The notes under the pieces are model-generated. The model ran no database searches. It saw only the letters and a list, made by a program, of their open reading frames with translations, and was not told the origin of the DNA. Made by a program: the position numbers and the translations under genes. Below are positions 9,719 through 18,685 of a DNA stretch of 64,000 bases, one piece after another. Every line of letters begins with the position of its first letter. Within the stretch, counting starts at the first letter, position 1. The stretch is from a virus, in the IMG/VR virus record IMGVR_UViG_3300035698_014029, positions 1-64,000 of that record. The stretch is one strand, 5' to 3'.

Positions 9719-10957
9719 ATGGTAACGAAAGCATTAAAAAGATTTTTCAGGTTAGATTCTATTGAAGAAAAAATAGATCATTATATAGAACTTGAAAAGC
9801 AAGAAAGTATTCAAAAATCAGTAAGAGATGAACTTGCTATAGCTTATACTAATCAAAAAAATATTTTTGATAATAGTGTAATTTCAACTGATGAATTTGT
9901 AAAGGTAAAAGTTAAAGAAAAATATGATCTATTTATTGATAGTTATATGTCTGAACTTAAAAAAGCCAAAGGAGAATATGATCAATTAAAATCTAAAAGA
10001 GTAAAATTACTTCAAAATGAAGAATTTGCCAAAGCTGTAAAATTATATAAAGCTCGACAGTTATTTGATAATAATGAATTTTCTTTAATTGTATATGATA
10101 ATATTATTAAAGCGGTAACTAAAAAAGAAGTAAAATATGCAGATAGTATTGTATTTAATTCTAATCGTGAATTATTATTATTAAAAAGAGCTAAAGGTGA
10201 TGAAAATGCAGGTAAATGGGTTATTCCTGGAGGGCATGTTGATCCTGGAGAAATTTGGGAAGATGCTGCGAAAAGAGAATTAAAAGAAGAAGCCGGAATT
10301 GATTTAGATAAAATAGAAACATGTTCTGATTCAAATGTTTTATCGGGAGAATATAAAAAAAATGGAGTTCATATTAAATATTATATGTCTTATTTAAAAG
10401 AAAAGAATCCTACTATTCTTTTAGATGATAAAGAAACTCATGATTATGAATGGGTAAAGGTTGAAGATTTAAAAGATTATGAAATGGTTTTTGATATGAA
10501 AGAAAATATTGATAAGATTATTCATCCTTGGAAACAAAAAGTTATTCAATTAAAAAAATCATTAGATGATGAAATAATAACTCCTCAGATATTTAATTTA
10601 GCACTTAAAAATATAATAGAAAAAAGTAAAAAAGAGATTAAGGAAATAAATAATATAGAAAAAGCTGATAAATATTCAAAAGATCAGTTAAAAGATATGA
10701 TATCTGAACATGAGCGTTTAATTAAGATATTAAACCCTTACGCTAAAATGGATAAGAAAGTATCTACTGAGTTAGATATTCAAAATAAAGAGCTAGAAGG
10801 ATACAAAAAACAATTATCTACATTAACTAAAGGAAATGAAGTTGATGATAAATATACTTTATCGTTAAATGATTTTGAAAAATTAAACAATACTATAAAA
10901 AAAGCTGAAGAATTGGTACAAGAAGTAAATGAAAAAATTGAAGGATATGGAAAATAA
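9719..10957 (+). CDS. NUDIX hydrolase domain protein in the head module (putative internal head protein)
   Basis: Nudix box PGGHVDPGEIWEDAAKRELKEEAGI (GX5EX7REUXEEXGU) between coiled-coil arms rich in phi-x-K-[A/S/G] motifs; ATG 9719 preferred over TTG 9698. Confidence 0.85.
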   Translation: MVTKALKRFFRLDSIEEKIDHYIELEKQESIQKSVRDELAIAYTNQKNIFDNSVISTDEFVKVKVKEKYDLFIDSYMSELKKAKGEYDQLKSKRVKLLQNEEFAKAVKLYKARQLFDNNEFSLIVYDNIIKAVTKKEVKYADSIVFNSNRELLLLKRAKGDENAGKWVIPGGHVDPGEIWEDAAKRELKEEAGIDLDKIETCSDSNVLSGEYKKNGVHIKYYMSYLKEKNPTILLDDKETHDYEWVKVEDLKDYEMVFDMKENIDKIIHPWKQKVIQLKKSLDDEIITPQIFNLALKNIIEKSKKEIKEINNIEKADKYSKDQLKDMISEHERLIKILNPYAKMDKKVSTELDIQNKELEGYKKQLSTLTKGNEVDDKYTLSLNDFEKLNNTIKKAEELVQEVNEKIEGYGK

Positions 10958-11916
10958 TTTTCAAAATACTGAAATAAATTATTTTGAAAATTTATCAGGT
11001 AAGATGATTGTTCATCCGTTATTTGATCAAATTATGAATTTTACTAAAGCAGATGATGATAAATATAAACTTATCTATCAAACAGTAAATTTAATAAATG
11101 ATAAAAATTATGTAGGTCAACATACTACAGATAATTTAGATGATGGTTATTTAGGATCTGGGTATAATTTAAAATTAGCTATTAAAAAATATGGGAAAAA
11201 TAGTTTTAAAATTAGATTTTGTTGTTTTTGCAATGATCAAGAAAATTTAGATAAAGCGGAAATTACTTATATTAAGTATTTTCAATCTTTAGATAAAGAA
11301 GGAGGTTATAATATATTACCTGGAGGTAAGTTTTTTTTAAATGAAAAAATAAGAAAAAAATCAGAAAAAATACGTAAAAAAAGATTTGAAAGTGGAGAAA
11401 TAGCTCCTTGGAATAAAGGTAAAATTGGAGTTTATTCTAAAGAAACTTTAAAAAAGATGTCTGAATCAAAAAAGGGAAATATTCAAACATCAGAGTCTAA
11501 TTTAAAAAGAAGTTTAGCTTTAAAGGGAAGAATTGTGTTAAAAGAATCAATTGAAAAAGCAAAAGAAACAAGAATAAAAAATGGGACATATAAACAGTCT
11601 CCATCGGAAGAAACAAAAGAAAAACTTCGTCAAGCTAATTTGGGTAAAAAACAATCTCAACAAACTATTAATAAAAGAGTTGAAAAAAACAAAGGGAAAA
11701 AGCGAAATTCTAAACAATTAGGTAATTTATCTAAAGGACAAAGAAAAAATCTAAAAAAAATAATTCAGAAAGATTTTGATGAAGATATAGTAAAAATTTG
11801 GAGTAATAGTTTTGAAGTTTGTGAATTTTATGTAAATTTTAATAAAACTGTATTATTAAGACAAACAAAATTAGGTAAAAAATATAAAGGATATATCTGG
11901 ACATATGGAAAATAAT
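10945..11916 (+). repeat. 14-bp direct repeat ATATGGAAAATAAT flanking the GIY-YIG gene (10945-10958 and 11903-11916)
   Basis: Read directly; each copy encodes the upstream gene's ...YGK* overlapping the downstream gene's MENN start. Confidence 0.85.
10947..11915 (+). mobile_element. Free-standing GIY-YIG (Seg-like) homing endonuclease with NUMOD3-type repeats
   Basis: LIYQTVNLINDKNYVGQH...YLGSG..LKLAIKKYGKNSF; repeats SKETLKKMSESKKG and SEETKEKLRQANLGKK; flanked by a 14-bp direct repeat. Confidence 0.85.
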
Positions 11917-12723
11917 AAATTTAACTTTTGTATTCCTATAAATGATGAATGGATACAAAAAGCATCTAAAGAAAAAGGTGATAAAAAATATGATAATATG
12001 TTTGTGTCAGGAATTGGAAGTGACAATTCTGAAGATACTGATGAAGAAATTTTAGAACCAAATGGGTTTATTTTAGATAAATTTTTAAAATCTGGAATTG
12101 TTAATTGGGAACATATGTCTAAACAAAATCCTGAAGCTATAATAGGAGAACCAGTAGAAGCTAAAGTAGAAAATAATAAATTTTATTTAAAGGCAAAATT
12201 ATATAAAGAAGTTCCTTTAGCGAGAAAAGTATGGGATGCTATGATTAATATGAAAAAATCTGGCTCTACAAGACAGATGGGATGGAGTATTGAGGGGAAA
12301 AAATTAAAAAAAGATATTATAAATCCTAAAAAAATTACAAAAGCATTAATTACTGGGATATGTTTAACAATGATGCCAAAAAATTCTAATACGTGGGCAG
12401 ATATAGTTAAAGGAGAACAAAAAAAAGATTATATAGAATTTGATGATGATGCAAATGGTGGTAAAATTTATTTATTAGATATTACAACTCCAAAAGGAGT
12501 AAGATTAACAATAGATAAAGATTTTAATATAAAGATAGATAAAGCGATGACTACTGACTCTGCAAGAGCGTTAATTCCTGAGAGTTTAGATAATAAACTT
12601 GTTAATTTAAAAGGGAAAACGTTTACAAAAAATATAAAAGAGTTGAGTAATTATCATAAATCTACAGGGTTTAATAAAGACACTTTAAAAAAAATTAAGA
12701 AAAAAATTAAGAATTATTTTTAA
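11905..12723 (+). CDS. Prohead (capsid maturation) protease
   Basis: VSGIGS...DTDEEIL.P.G...F.K.G.VNWEH...IIGEP...GWSIEG...ITGICLT..PKN..TWADIVKG, typical of SPO1/Twort-like prohead proteases; upstream of scaffold and capsid. Confidence 0.85.
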   Translation: MENNKFNFCIPINDEWIQKASKEKGDKKYDNMFVSGIGSDNSEDTDEEILEPNGFILDKFLKSGIVNWEHMSKQNPEAIIGEPVEAKVENNKFYLKAKLYKEVPLARKVWDAMINMKKSGSTRQMGWSIEGKKLKKDIINPKKITKALITGICLTMMPKNSNTWADIVKGEQKKDYIEFDDDANGGKIYLLDITTPKGVRLTIDKDFNIKIDKAMTTDSARALIPESLDNKLVNLKGKTFTKNIKELSNYHKSTGFNKDTLKKIKKKIKNYF

Positions 12724-12760
12724 TTGGTCTAAATAAGCATTATATTTATAGCGATTATAA

Positions 12761-12777
12761 ATAAGATATTTGGTATA
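12761..12777 (+). promoter_or_regulatory. Conserved upstream motif ATAAGATATTTGGTATA (late promoter or translational element), copy 1
   Basis: Identical 17-mer at 13622-13638; core ATTTGGTA begins 33 nt before the ATG. Confidence 0.6.
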
Positions 12778-12800
12778 GATTATGGAAGATAAAAACATAA

Positions 12801-13613
12801 ATGGAAGATAATACTAAGAAGCCAGAAGCAAATCAAGATGAAATAAGAAAAAACTTGGCTGCTCTTGATTTCTCAAAAGAAGAAATTGATGATCTTTTAG
12901 TAAAAGCTGAAGCATCAAAATCTGAAGAAGAAATCGAAAAGGGTTCTAAAAAAGATCTTGAAGATTTAGAAAAAGCTTACAAAGAAATAGAAACCAAAGA
13001 GGGAGAAGTTGAAAAAGCTTATAAAACAGATAAAGAAGGTATTTCTGGAGAAAAAGAAGCCATGATGGCTAAAATGAAGGAAAAAGGATATAAACCTGCT
13101 GTTGAAAAAGCTGAAATTGATGAGCTGAATAAAACTAAGATTGAAAAGAAAGAAGAAATCGTTAAAAGTGAAGATCAGGAAAAGAAAGATGAATTAATAA
13201 AAGGTCTTTCTGAAAAAGTTGAAGAATTAGAAACTAAAGCTAATAATACTGAAGAAGTAGATGAACTTAAAAAGTCTATAGGAAGTGTTACAGAGTCTAT
13301 TTCTGAAATTAAAAAAATAGTAACTAGTATTGCTAATACTCCTAATGGGATGAAATCTCATCAATATAGTCAGTTTTTAGAAAAAGCTGAAGATAATGAA
13401 CTTAATAACGATAATAAAAAAGTTATTTCTTTAAGAGATAAAGAAACACTTACTAAATCTTTAGAAAATTTAGCTGATGCTACTGATGATGTAGATAAAA
13501 AAGCTTTTTTAGAAAAAGCTATAATGGATTATAATTCTAATCCAGAATCTCAATTATCAGGTCAACTAGTTTCTGAAATCCAAAAGGCTGAGAATTGTAC
13601 GTTTACAGCTTAA
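12801..13613 (+). CDS. Capsid scaffolding protein
   Basis: E/K-rich coiled coil between protease and capsid genes; many phi-x-K-[A/S/G] motifs. Confidence 0.75.
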   Translation: MEDNTKKPEANQDEIRKNLAALDFSKEEIDDLLVKAEASKSEEEIEKGSKKDLEDLEKAYKEIETKEGEVEKAYKTDKEGISGEKEAMMAKMKEKGYKPAVEKAEIDELNKTKIEKKEEIVKSEDQEKKDELIKGLSEKVEELETKANNTEEVDELKKSIGSVTESISEIKKIVTSIANTPNGMKSHQYSQFLEKAEDNELNNDNKKVISLRDKETLTKSLENLADATDDVDKKAFLEKAIMDYNSNPESQLSGQLVSEIQKAENCTFTA

Positions 13614-13621
13614 AAAATCAT

Positions 13622-13638
13622 ATAAGATATTTGGTATA
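13622..13638 (+). promoter_or_regulatory. Conserved upstream motif ATAAGATATTTGGTATA, copy 2
   Basis: Identical to 12761-12777; both are followed by AAACATAAATGGA at the start codon. Confidence 0.6.
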
Positions 13639-13660
13639 ATAAAAAGAATAATAAACATAA

Positions 13661-15154
13661 ATGGACGATTTATATAATGCTGTTAATCAGCTTGATTCAG
13701 GCTCAGATGTTTTTGGGAATCCTCAAATAGTTGATGCTCTTATTAAAGCAACTACAGCAGGAAGTACAACAGGTAGAACTTTAGATAGCACAATAACATC
13801 AGGTGCTTCTTTAAAGGTTGAGTCTTTAGAACCAACTTTAAAAATTCTAACCAATAGAGACAAACATATTAAATTCTATAAAATGTTACCTAAGCAAAAA
13901 GCTTATAACACAGTAGAAGAATACAATCAATTAGTAGATTACGGTGGAACTTCAGGGATTTTCAATAGTGAAGGTGAACTTCCACAATTTACAGATTCTC
14001 AATACAGACGTAAATCTGTATTAATTAAGTACACAGGAATAGCTGGTGAAGTAACTCATCCTGCTATGCTTGTAAAAACTGGAAGTGGTGTTAGTGATTT
14101 ATTTGCTCAAGAAGTACAAAATAAAACAATGTATTTAATGAGAGCTTTAAATACTCAACTTTCTACTGCTAATAGTGATAATGTAGCAAATGAATTTGAT
14201 GGCTATTTTAAGCAACATTTTGATGGTATTGTTGGTGCAGGTGGAACATTAGCTAATTATAAAAACAGTTCAGCTGTAATTGATGCTAGAGGTGCTTCTT
14301 TAACTGATGCTAATATAGAAGATGCTGCTCATGCAATTGTAAACGATGGTTTTGGTACTGCAACAGGTATTATATCTGCTCCTGTAGTATTTAATGACTA
14401 TGTTAAACAATTCCATGAAAGTAAACGAGTAAATGTAGGACTTCCAGGAGATGCAACAACAGGTGCAACAATGGGTCAAAAAGTTAATCAAACTGCAACT
14501 CAGTTTGGAATGATTGATTTAGTAGATGATATCTTCTTTGACAGAAGATTACCAAAAGCTTATAACGCTGCTGCTGAAAATGCACAATCTCCTGCTGTAA
14601 TTATAGTTGATGGAGGAGCTCCTTTAGCTGTAGAAACAGATACAAGTAATGAATTTGCAACTGCTGGTGCTGGAGATTATTTCTATGCTGTAGCTTCTAA
14701 AAACAGATATGGTGAAAGTGCTATGACTATTATGAGCACAACTACATTATCAGTTAGTGCATCTCAATCTGTAGATATTAAATTTACAATTACAGATAAT
14801 GCTTATGCAGCAGAATCATTTGTAATTTACAGAACAGAAAAAGATACTCTTAATTATTTAACTGCTGATTTTTATCCAATTTTTACAGTTAATTTAGCTG
14901 AAAGAACTGCTGGATATGATGGTGGAATAGCTGGATTAGTAAGAGATCGTAACCGAGAGTTACCAAACACAAAAAGAGCTTTTGTATTTGATAATTCAAC
15001 TGAAATGTGGGGATTAAAACAATTAGCTCCTATCATGAGAATGGATTTAGCTGTTACTTCTCCAAGTAGAAGATTTATGATTTTAAGTTATCTAACTCCG
15101 GTGCTTTACGCCCCCAAAAAGCTTGCAATCGTGAAAAACATAGGTCGAGCTTAG
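13661..15154 (+). CDS. Major capsid protein (SPO1/Twort-like)
   Basis: GASLKVESLEPTLKILT...FYKMLPKQKAYNTVEEYNQL...EGELP...EFDG...QLAPIMRMDLAV...LYAPKK..IVKNI, matching the Herelleviridae-type capsid pattern. Confidence 0.9.
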   Translation: MDDLYNAVNQLDSGSDVFGNPQIVDALIKATTAGSTTGRTLDSTITSGASLKVESLEPTLKILTNRDKHIKFYKMLPKQKAYNTVEEYNQLVDYGGTSGIFNSEGELPQFTDSQYRRKSVLIKYTGIAGEVTHPAMLVKTGSGVSDLFAQEVQNKTMYLMRALNTQLSTANSDNVANEFDGYFKQHFDGIVGAGGTLANYKNSSAVIDARGASLTDANIEDAAHAIVNDGFGTATGIISAPVVFNDYVKQFHESKRVNVGLPGDATTGATMGQKVNQTATQFGMIDLVDDIFFDRRLPKAYNAAAENAQSPAVIIVDGGAPLAVETDTSNEFATAGAGDYFYAVASKNRYGESAMTIMSTTTLSVSASQSVDIKFTITDNAYAAESFVIYRTEKDTLNYLTADFYPIFTVNLAERTAGYDGGIAGLVRDRNRELPNTKRAFVFDNSTEMWGLKQLAPIMRMDLAVTSPSRRFMILSYLTPVLYAPKKLAIVKNIGRA

Positions 15155-15204
15155 TTGATAATCAAGTAGTTACAATAAAATAAGGATAGGGTATATCCCA
15201 AAAA

Positions 15205-15239
15205 AAAGAGTGGGTTATCATACTCACTCTTTCCTTTTT
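15205..15239 (+). terminator. Intrinsic terminator after the major capsid gene
   Basis: Stem AAAGAGTGGGT-tatcat-ACTCACTCTTT followed by CCTTTTT. Confidence 0.7.
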
Positions 15240-15273
15240 AAATTTAAAATATTAATAATTAAAAATTGTTATA

Positions 15274-15939
15274 ATGACTGTAAAAATACAAACAAGTAAA
15301 AAGAATAATTTTAATCAATCTGTACAATTTATAGATGGTATTAAAATTAAATTTGATGAAAAAGGAATAGCAATAGTAAAAGACAAAGAAACTGCTGAAA
15401 GATTAGTTGAAAATTCTGATTTCCTTTTTTATGAAGGACAAGTTCCAGAAGGAAAAAATATCATACATATTCCTATTGTTGATACAAAGAAAGATGATTT
15501 AATTATAGAACTTCAAAATAAATTACGTGTTTTAAATCAAAGACTAGATTCTTTAAAAGCTGATAATGGTTTATTAGAAGCTAATTTACAAGATTGGAAA
15601 AAAGAAGTTAATAAATTAATTAATGAAAATAAATCATTGAAAGAAATGGTTGGACCAATTTCAAATAAAGAAAAAGAAAAAAAGAAAAGTGAAAAAGTTA
15701 TTGTTGATCCTAAAATAGATCAACAAGAGAATAACGATGATAAAGGTAAAGATAAGAAAGAGAAAAGTGGAGAAGATAAAGAATTGTCTCTAGAAGAAAG
15801 AAAAGAAATTTTAGAAAAAGTTACCGTTCCAGATTTAAAAAATATGTGCAAGGATGCTAACTTAGATAGAGGTGAATGGGAAACACTTAAAAAACCTGCT
15901 TTAGTAAAATATTTGCTTGAGAAATCAGAAAAAAAATAA
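15274..15939 (+). CDS. Hypothetical protein with coiled coil and small C-terminal helical (Rho-N/HeH-like) motif
   Basis: C-terminal LEKVTVPDLKNMCK...WETLKKPALVKYL; post-capsid position. Confidence 0.5.
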   Translation: MTVKIQTSKKNNFNQSVQFIDGIKIKFDEKGIAIVKDKETAERLVENSDFLFYEGQVPEGKNIIHIPIVDTKKDDLIIELQNKLRVLNQRLDSLKADNGLLEANLQDWKKEVNKLINENKSLKEMVGPISNKEKEKKKSEKVIVDPKIDQQENNDDKGKDKKEKSGEDKELSLEERKEILEKVTVPDLKNMCKDANLDRGEWETLKKPALVKYLLEKSEKK

Positions 15940-15942
15940 ACT

Positions 15943-16743
15943 ATGCCTAGCATAAGGTATAAAACTTTATATAAAAAAAATACAGGGCTTTTATTTTCTC
16001 CAGAAGAATTAATTGCTTTGTATTTTTATGGTATCGATGTAAAAAGTAAAGATGGAACAGATTTAGATAAATCTACTCTTGAATTTAATATCCGACAAGC
16101 TCAAGAAAGAGTTGAAAAATTCTTAGGTATTAAATTAAATAAAATGCTTAAGAATGAAAAAGTAGATTATTTTAGAGGAGAGTATTTAGATAAATTCCCT
16201 GTATTTTTTGTAACTTACCCAGTAACCGAAGCATTAACTTGTATAGGGTTAATGGGTCAAGTAGAACAGGTTGTATATCCCGAAGATTGGTTATTTAATA
16301 GTGGTAATAACAGAGGAGTTCCACATAGAAAAATAAGTATAGTTCCAGTAAGTTCAGCTACAAGAGGAGTTCAAGCAGGTGGAGATTTAATATATACAGG
16401 AGTTATGACTGAAATAGGGTTAAGAAGTTATTCACATGTTCCCTTTTATTGGTCATTACAATATTCTACAGGTTTTACAGAGATTCCATATGATTTAATG
16501 AACATTATAGGGAAATATGCAGCTATTGGTATTTTAGCTATTTTAGGAGATATAATCTACGGGACACCAGGATTAGCATCGCAATCGCTTAGTATTGACG
16601 GCCTTAGCCAGACAATTAATACGACGAATTCTGCAATGTATTCTGGCTTTTCTGCGAGAATTGGTCAATATTCTAAAGAAGTAGAAAAGTATTTAAAAGA
16701 AATGAAAAATTATTATAAAGGTTTTAATTTTGCAAGTTGTTAA
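15943..16743 (+). CDS. Head-tail adaptor (neck) protein
   Basis: IRQAQERVEKFLGI...Y.TGF..IPYDL...GLASQSLSIDGLSQTINTTNSAMYSGFSARI, SPO1/Twort-like neck motif. Confidence 0.75.
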   Translation: MPSIRYKTLYKKNTGLLFSPEELIALYFYGIDVKSKDGTDLDKSTLEFNIRQAQERVEKFLGIKLNKMLKNEKVDYFRGEYLDKFPVFFVTYPVTEALTCIGLMGQVEQVVYPEDWLFNSGNNRGVPHRKISIVPVSSATRGVQAGGDLIYTGVMTEIGLRSYSHVPFYWSLQYSTGFTEIPYDLMNIIGKYAAIGILAILGDIIYGTPGLASQSLSIDGLSQTINTTNSAMYSGFSARIGQYSKEVEKYLKEMKNYYKGFNFASC

Positions 16744-16763
16744 AAATATAAAAATAATCAATA

Positions 16764-17558
16764 ATGGCAAAAAGCATTAGACAAGATACACCTCAAAACG
16801 TCATAGGACAACCTACTCCATTTTTTGATGAAAGTGCTTTTGATGCTGCAATTTGGAATAAAGGTTACGATATAGTAATTGAAAAAGCGATACGTTGTCC
16901 ATGTAAAGATAAACAAACTACTAAAAATTTATCTACGTGTCAAAATTGTAGAGGGTTAGGGTGGTTTTTTATAAATCCAATTGAAACAAAAGGAATTATA
17001 ACCGGAATAAATAAAGATTTAAAATATAAATCTTTCTCTCCTGAGTTTATAGGGGATATATCATTAACAATAAGAGATAATATTCGTCTAGCATATATGG
17101 ATAGAATATTATTTAAAAATGATTATTCTATTCTCAGTGAAGATAAAATTGTAAGAGAATTTGAAGAAAGTGGTTCTATAAAATATTTTGTATTTTTAAG
17201 TTATGAAGCTGAAACAATAGAAAGTGTATGGGTATTTAATGGAAGCGCAAATCCATTAATAAAACTAACTTCAAGTCAATATTCTATAAATAGTACTAAT
17301 GGGTTTGCATTAGATTTAGATTATGATTTTACTTCTATAACAGATTTTAGTGGGAATATAGGTGTAAGATATAAACATGAAGTTCAACATCATGTAGTAG
17401 AATTACCGCATGATTTAAGACGTTCATTTAAGATAGATAATAACGGAAAAGAAGAAAAATTACAATTACCAGTTAATGCTATATGTAGAGTAGCTCATCA
17501 AGTGTTAGATTTAGCAAATTATGATGGAGATGGTATAATTGACAATAGTTATTTATAA
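16764..17558 (+). CDS. Head closure / neck protein
   Basis: FDAAIWNKGY...EKAIRCPC...STCQNCRGLGW pattern typical of the second SPO1-like neck gene. Confidence 0.7.
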   Translation: MAKSIRQDTPQNVIGQPTPFFDESAFDAAIWNKGYDIVIEKAIRCPCKDKQTTKNLSTCQNCRGLGWFFINPIETKGIITGINKDLKYKSFSPEFIGDISLTIRDNIRLAYMDRILFKNDYSILSEDKIVREFEESGSIKYFVFLSYEAETIESVWVFNGSANPLIKLTSSQYSINSTNGFALDLDYDFTSITDFSGNIGVRYKHEVQHHVVELPHDLRRSFKIDNNGKEEKLQLPVNAICRVAHQVLDLANYDGDGIIDNSYL

Positions 17559-17573
17559 AGTAAATTTTTAAAA

Positions 17574-17906
17574 ATGGATCAATGGGAAAAAGATTTAAGA
17601 TCTCATAATATTTTAAAAGGAATTAATGTTATGGTTAATTCTGGTGATTTATTAGAGAAAGCTCAAGTAGGTGGTTTTTATGCCGATACTCCTCAAAACA
17701 GAGAAGGTGGTATAGTTGGTATGCCTTATGCTAAAAAAAGCAGTGGAAGTGCTGCTAAACAAAATTCTGCGGTAGGTAGCGGAGGTGTTAAAAAAGAAAT
17801 AAGCCTATTAAGAAATAAAATAGTTGAATTAAGAAAAGAAGGCAAAACAGTAGAAGCTAATAAATTATCAGCAGCATTAAAAGAAAAAATAAAAAAATTA
17901 TCATAA
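17574..17906 (+). CDS. Small basic protein, putative internal head protein
   Basis: ILKG and LEKA motifs, then GGFYADTPQNREGGIVGMPY and a basic helical tail. Confidence 0.45.
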   Translation: MDQWEKDLRSHNILKGINVMVNSGDLLEKAQVGGFYADTPQNREGGIVGMPYAKKSSGSAAKQNSAVGSGGVKKEISLLRNKIVELRKEGKTVEANKLSAALKEKIKKLS

Positions 17907-17914
17907 AATAATAT

Positions 17915-18685
17915 ATGATTCCTATTACTATAAATATTGGGAATTTAGCAAATGAAATATCCTTAACTCCTACAGAAGTTAAGTCTTTTGCTAAAATGAC
18001 TTTAGATAGAGTTGTTACAAGATATGAAACTTTATTAAACGAACAAATTAATAAAAAACTTCATAAAACTAAACAAGCTTATCGACAAAGTTTAAGTTTC
18101 GAATATTTAAATGATTATAAAGCTGTTTTTATTTTATCAGGAAAAGGAATAGGGAAATTAGCTTTAATGATGGAAAGAGGAGCTTCTCCTTGGGATATGA
18201 AAGGATCATTCTTAAAATCATCTAAAGCTAAAACAGGTAAAGACGGTAAAAGATATTTTACAGTTCCATTTAAACATGCAACAAGTGAAGCTATAGCTGA
18301 ATCATCTACTTTTTCAAATAAATTAGTACAGGAAGCTCAATTAATAGCTAAAAATCAACCCGGAGTTCCTTTAGGTTTTAATCAATTACCAGCAGGATTA
18401 CAACAAAAAGGAATAAGGCAACCTGTAACAAGAAATGGAATAACATCTCCATCTTATGAGCATAAAACTCCTATATTTCAAGGGTTAGTTAAATCAGTTA
18501 ATCCTAAACATTCTGGATATTTTACATTTAGAAGAGTAAGTGAAAAAAATGCTGATAGTTGGTTTCATCCTGGATTTGAAGAATATGATTTAATGGGAAA
18601 AGCATTAAATGGATTAGAAAAAGAAATAAAAAGAATAACTTTTTCTTGTAAAGAAGAATTTTTAGATTTAAAATTTGGAAAGTAA
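17915..18685 (+). CDS. Neck/tail completion protein
   Basis: LMMERGASPWDMK...YFTVPFKH...YFTFRRVS...SWFHPG, conserved in SPO1-like virion modules. Confidence 0.7.
   Translation: MIPITINIGNLANEISLTPTEVKSFAKMTLDRVVTRYETLLNEQINKKLHKTKQAYRQSLSFEYLNDYKAVFILSGKGIGKLALMMERGASPWDMKGSFLKSSKAKTGKDGKRYFTVPFKHATSEAIAESSTFSNKLVQEAQLIAKNQPGVPLGFNQLPAGLQQKGIRQPVTRNGITSPSYEHKTPIFQGLVKSVNPKHSGYFTFRRVSEKNADSWFHPGFEEYDLMGKALNGLEKEIKRITFSCKEEFLDLKFGK

Noticed and set aside
15150-15200. tRNA, structured ncRNA or att/dif site after the capsid gene
   Set aside because: Only short hairpins (TTGAT-A-ATCAA; GGATA-N5-TATCC) and a terminator; no cloverleaf and no integrase in the window
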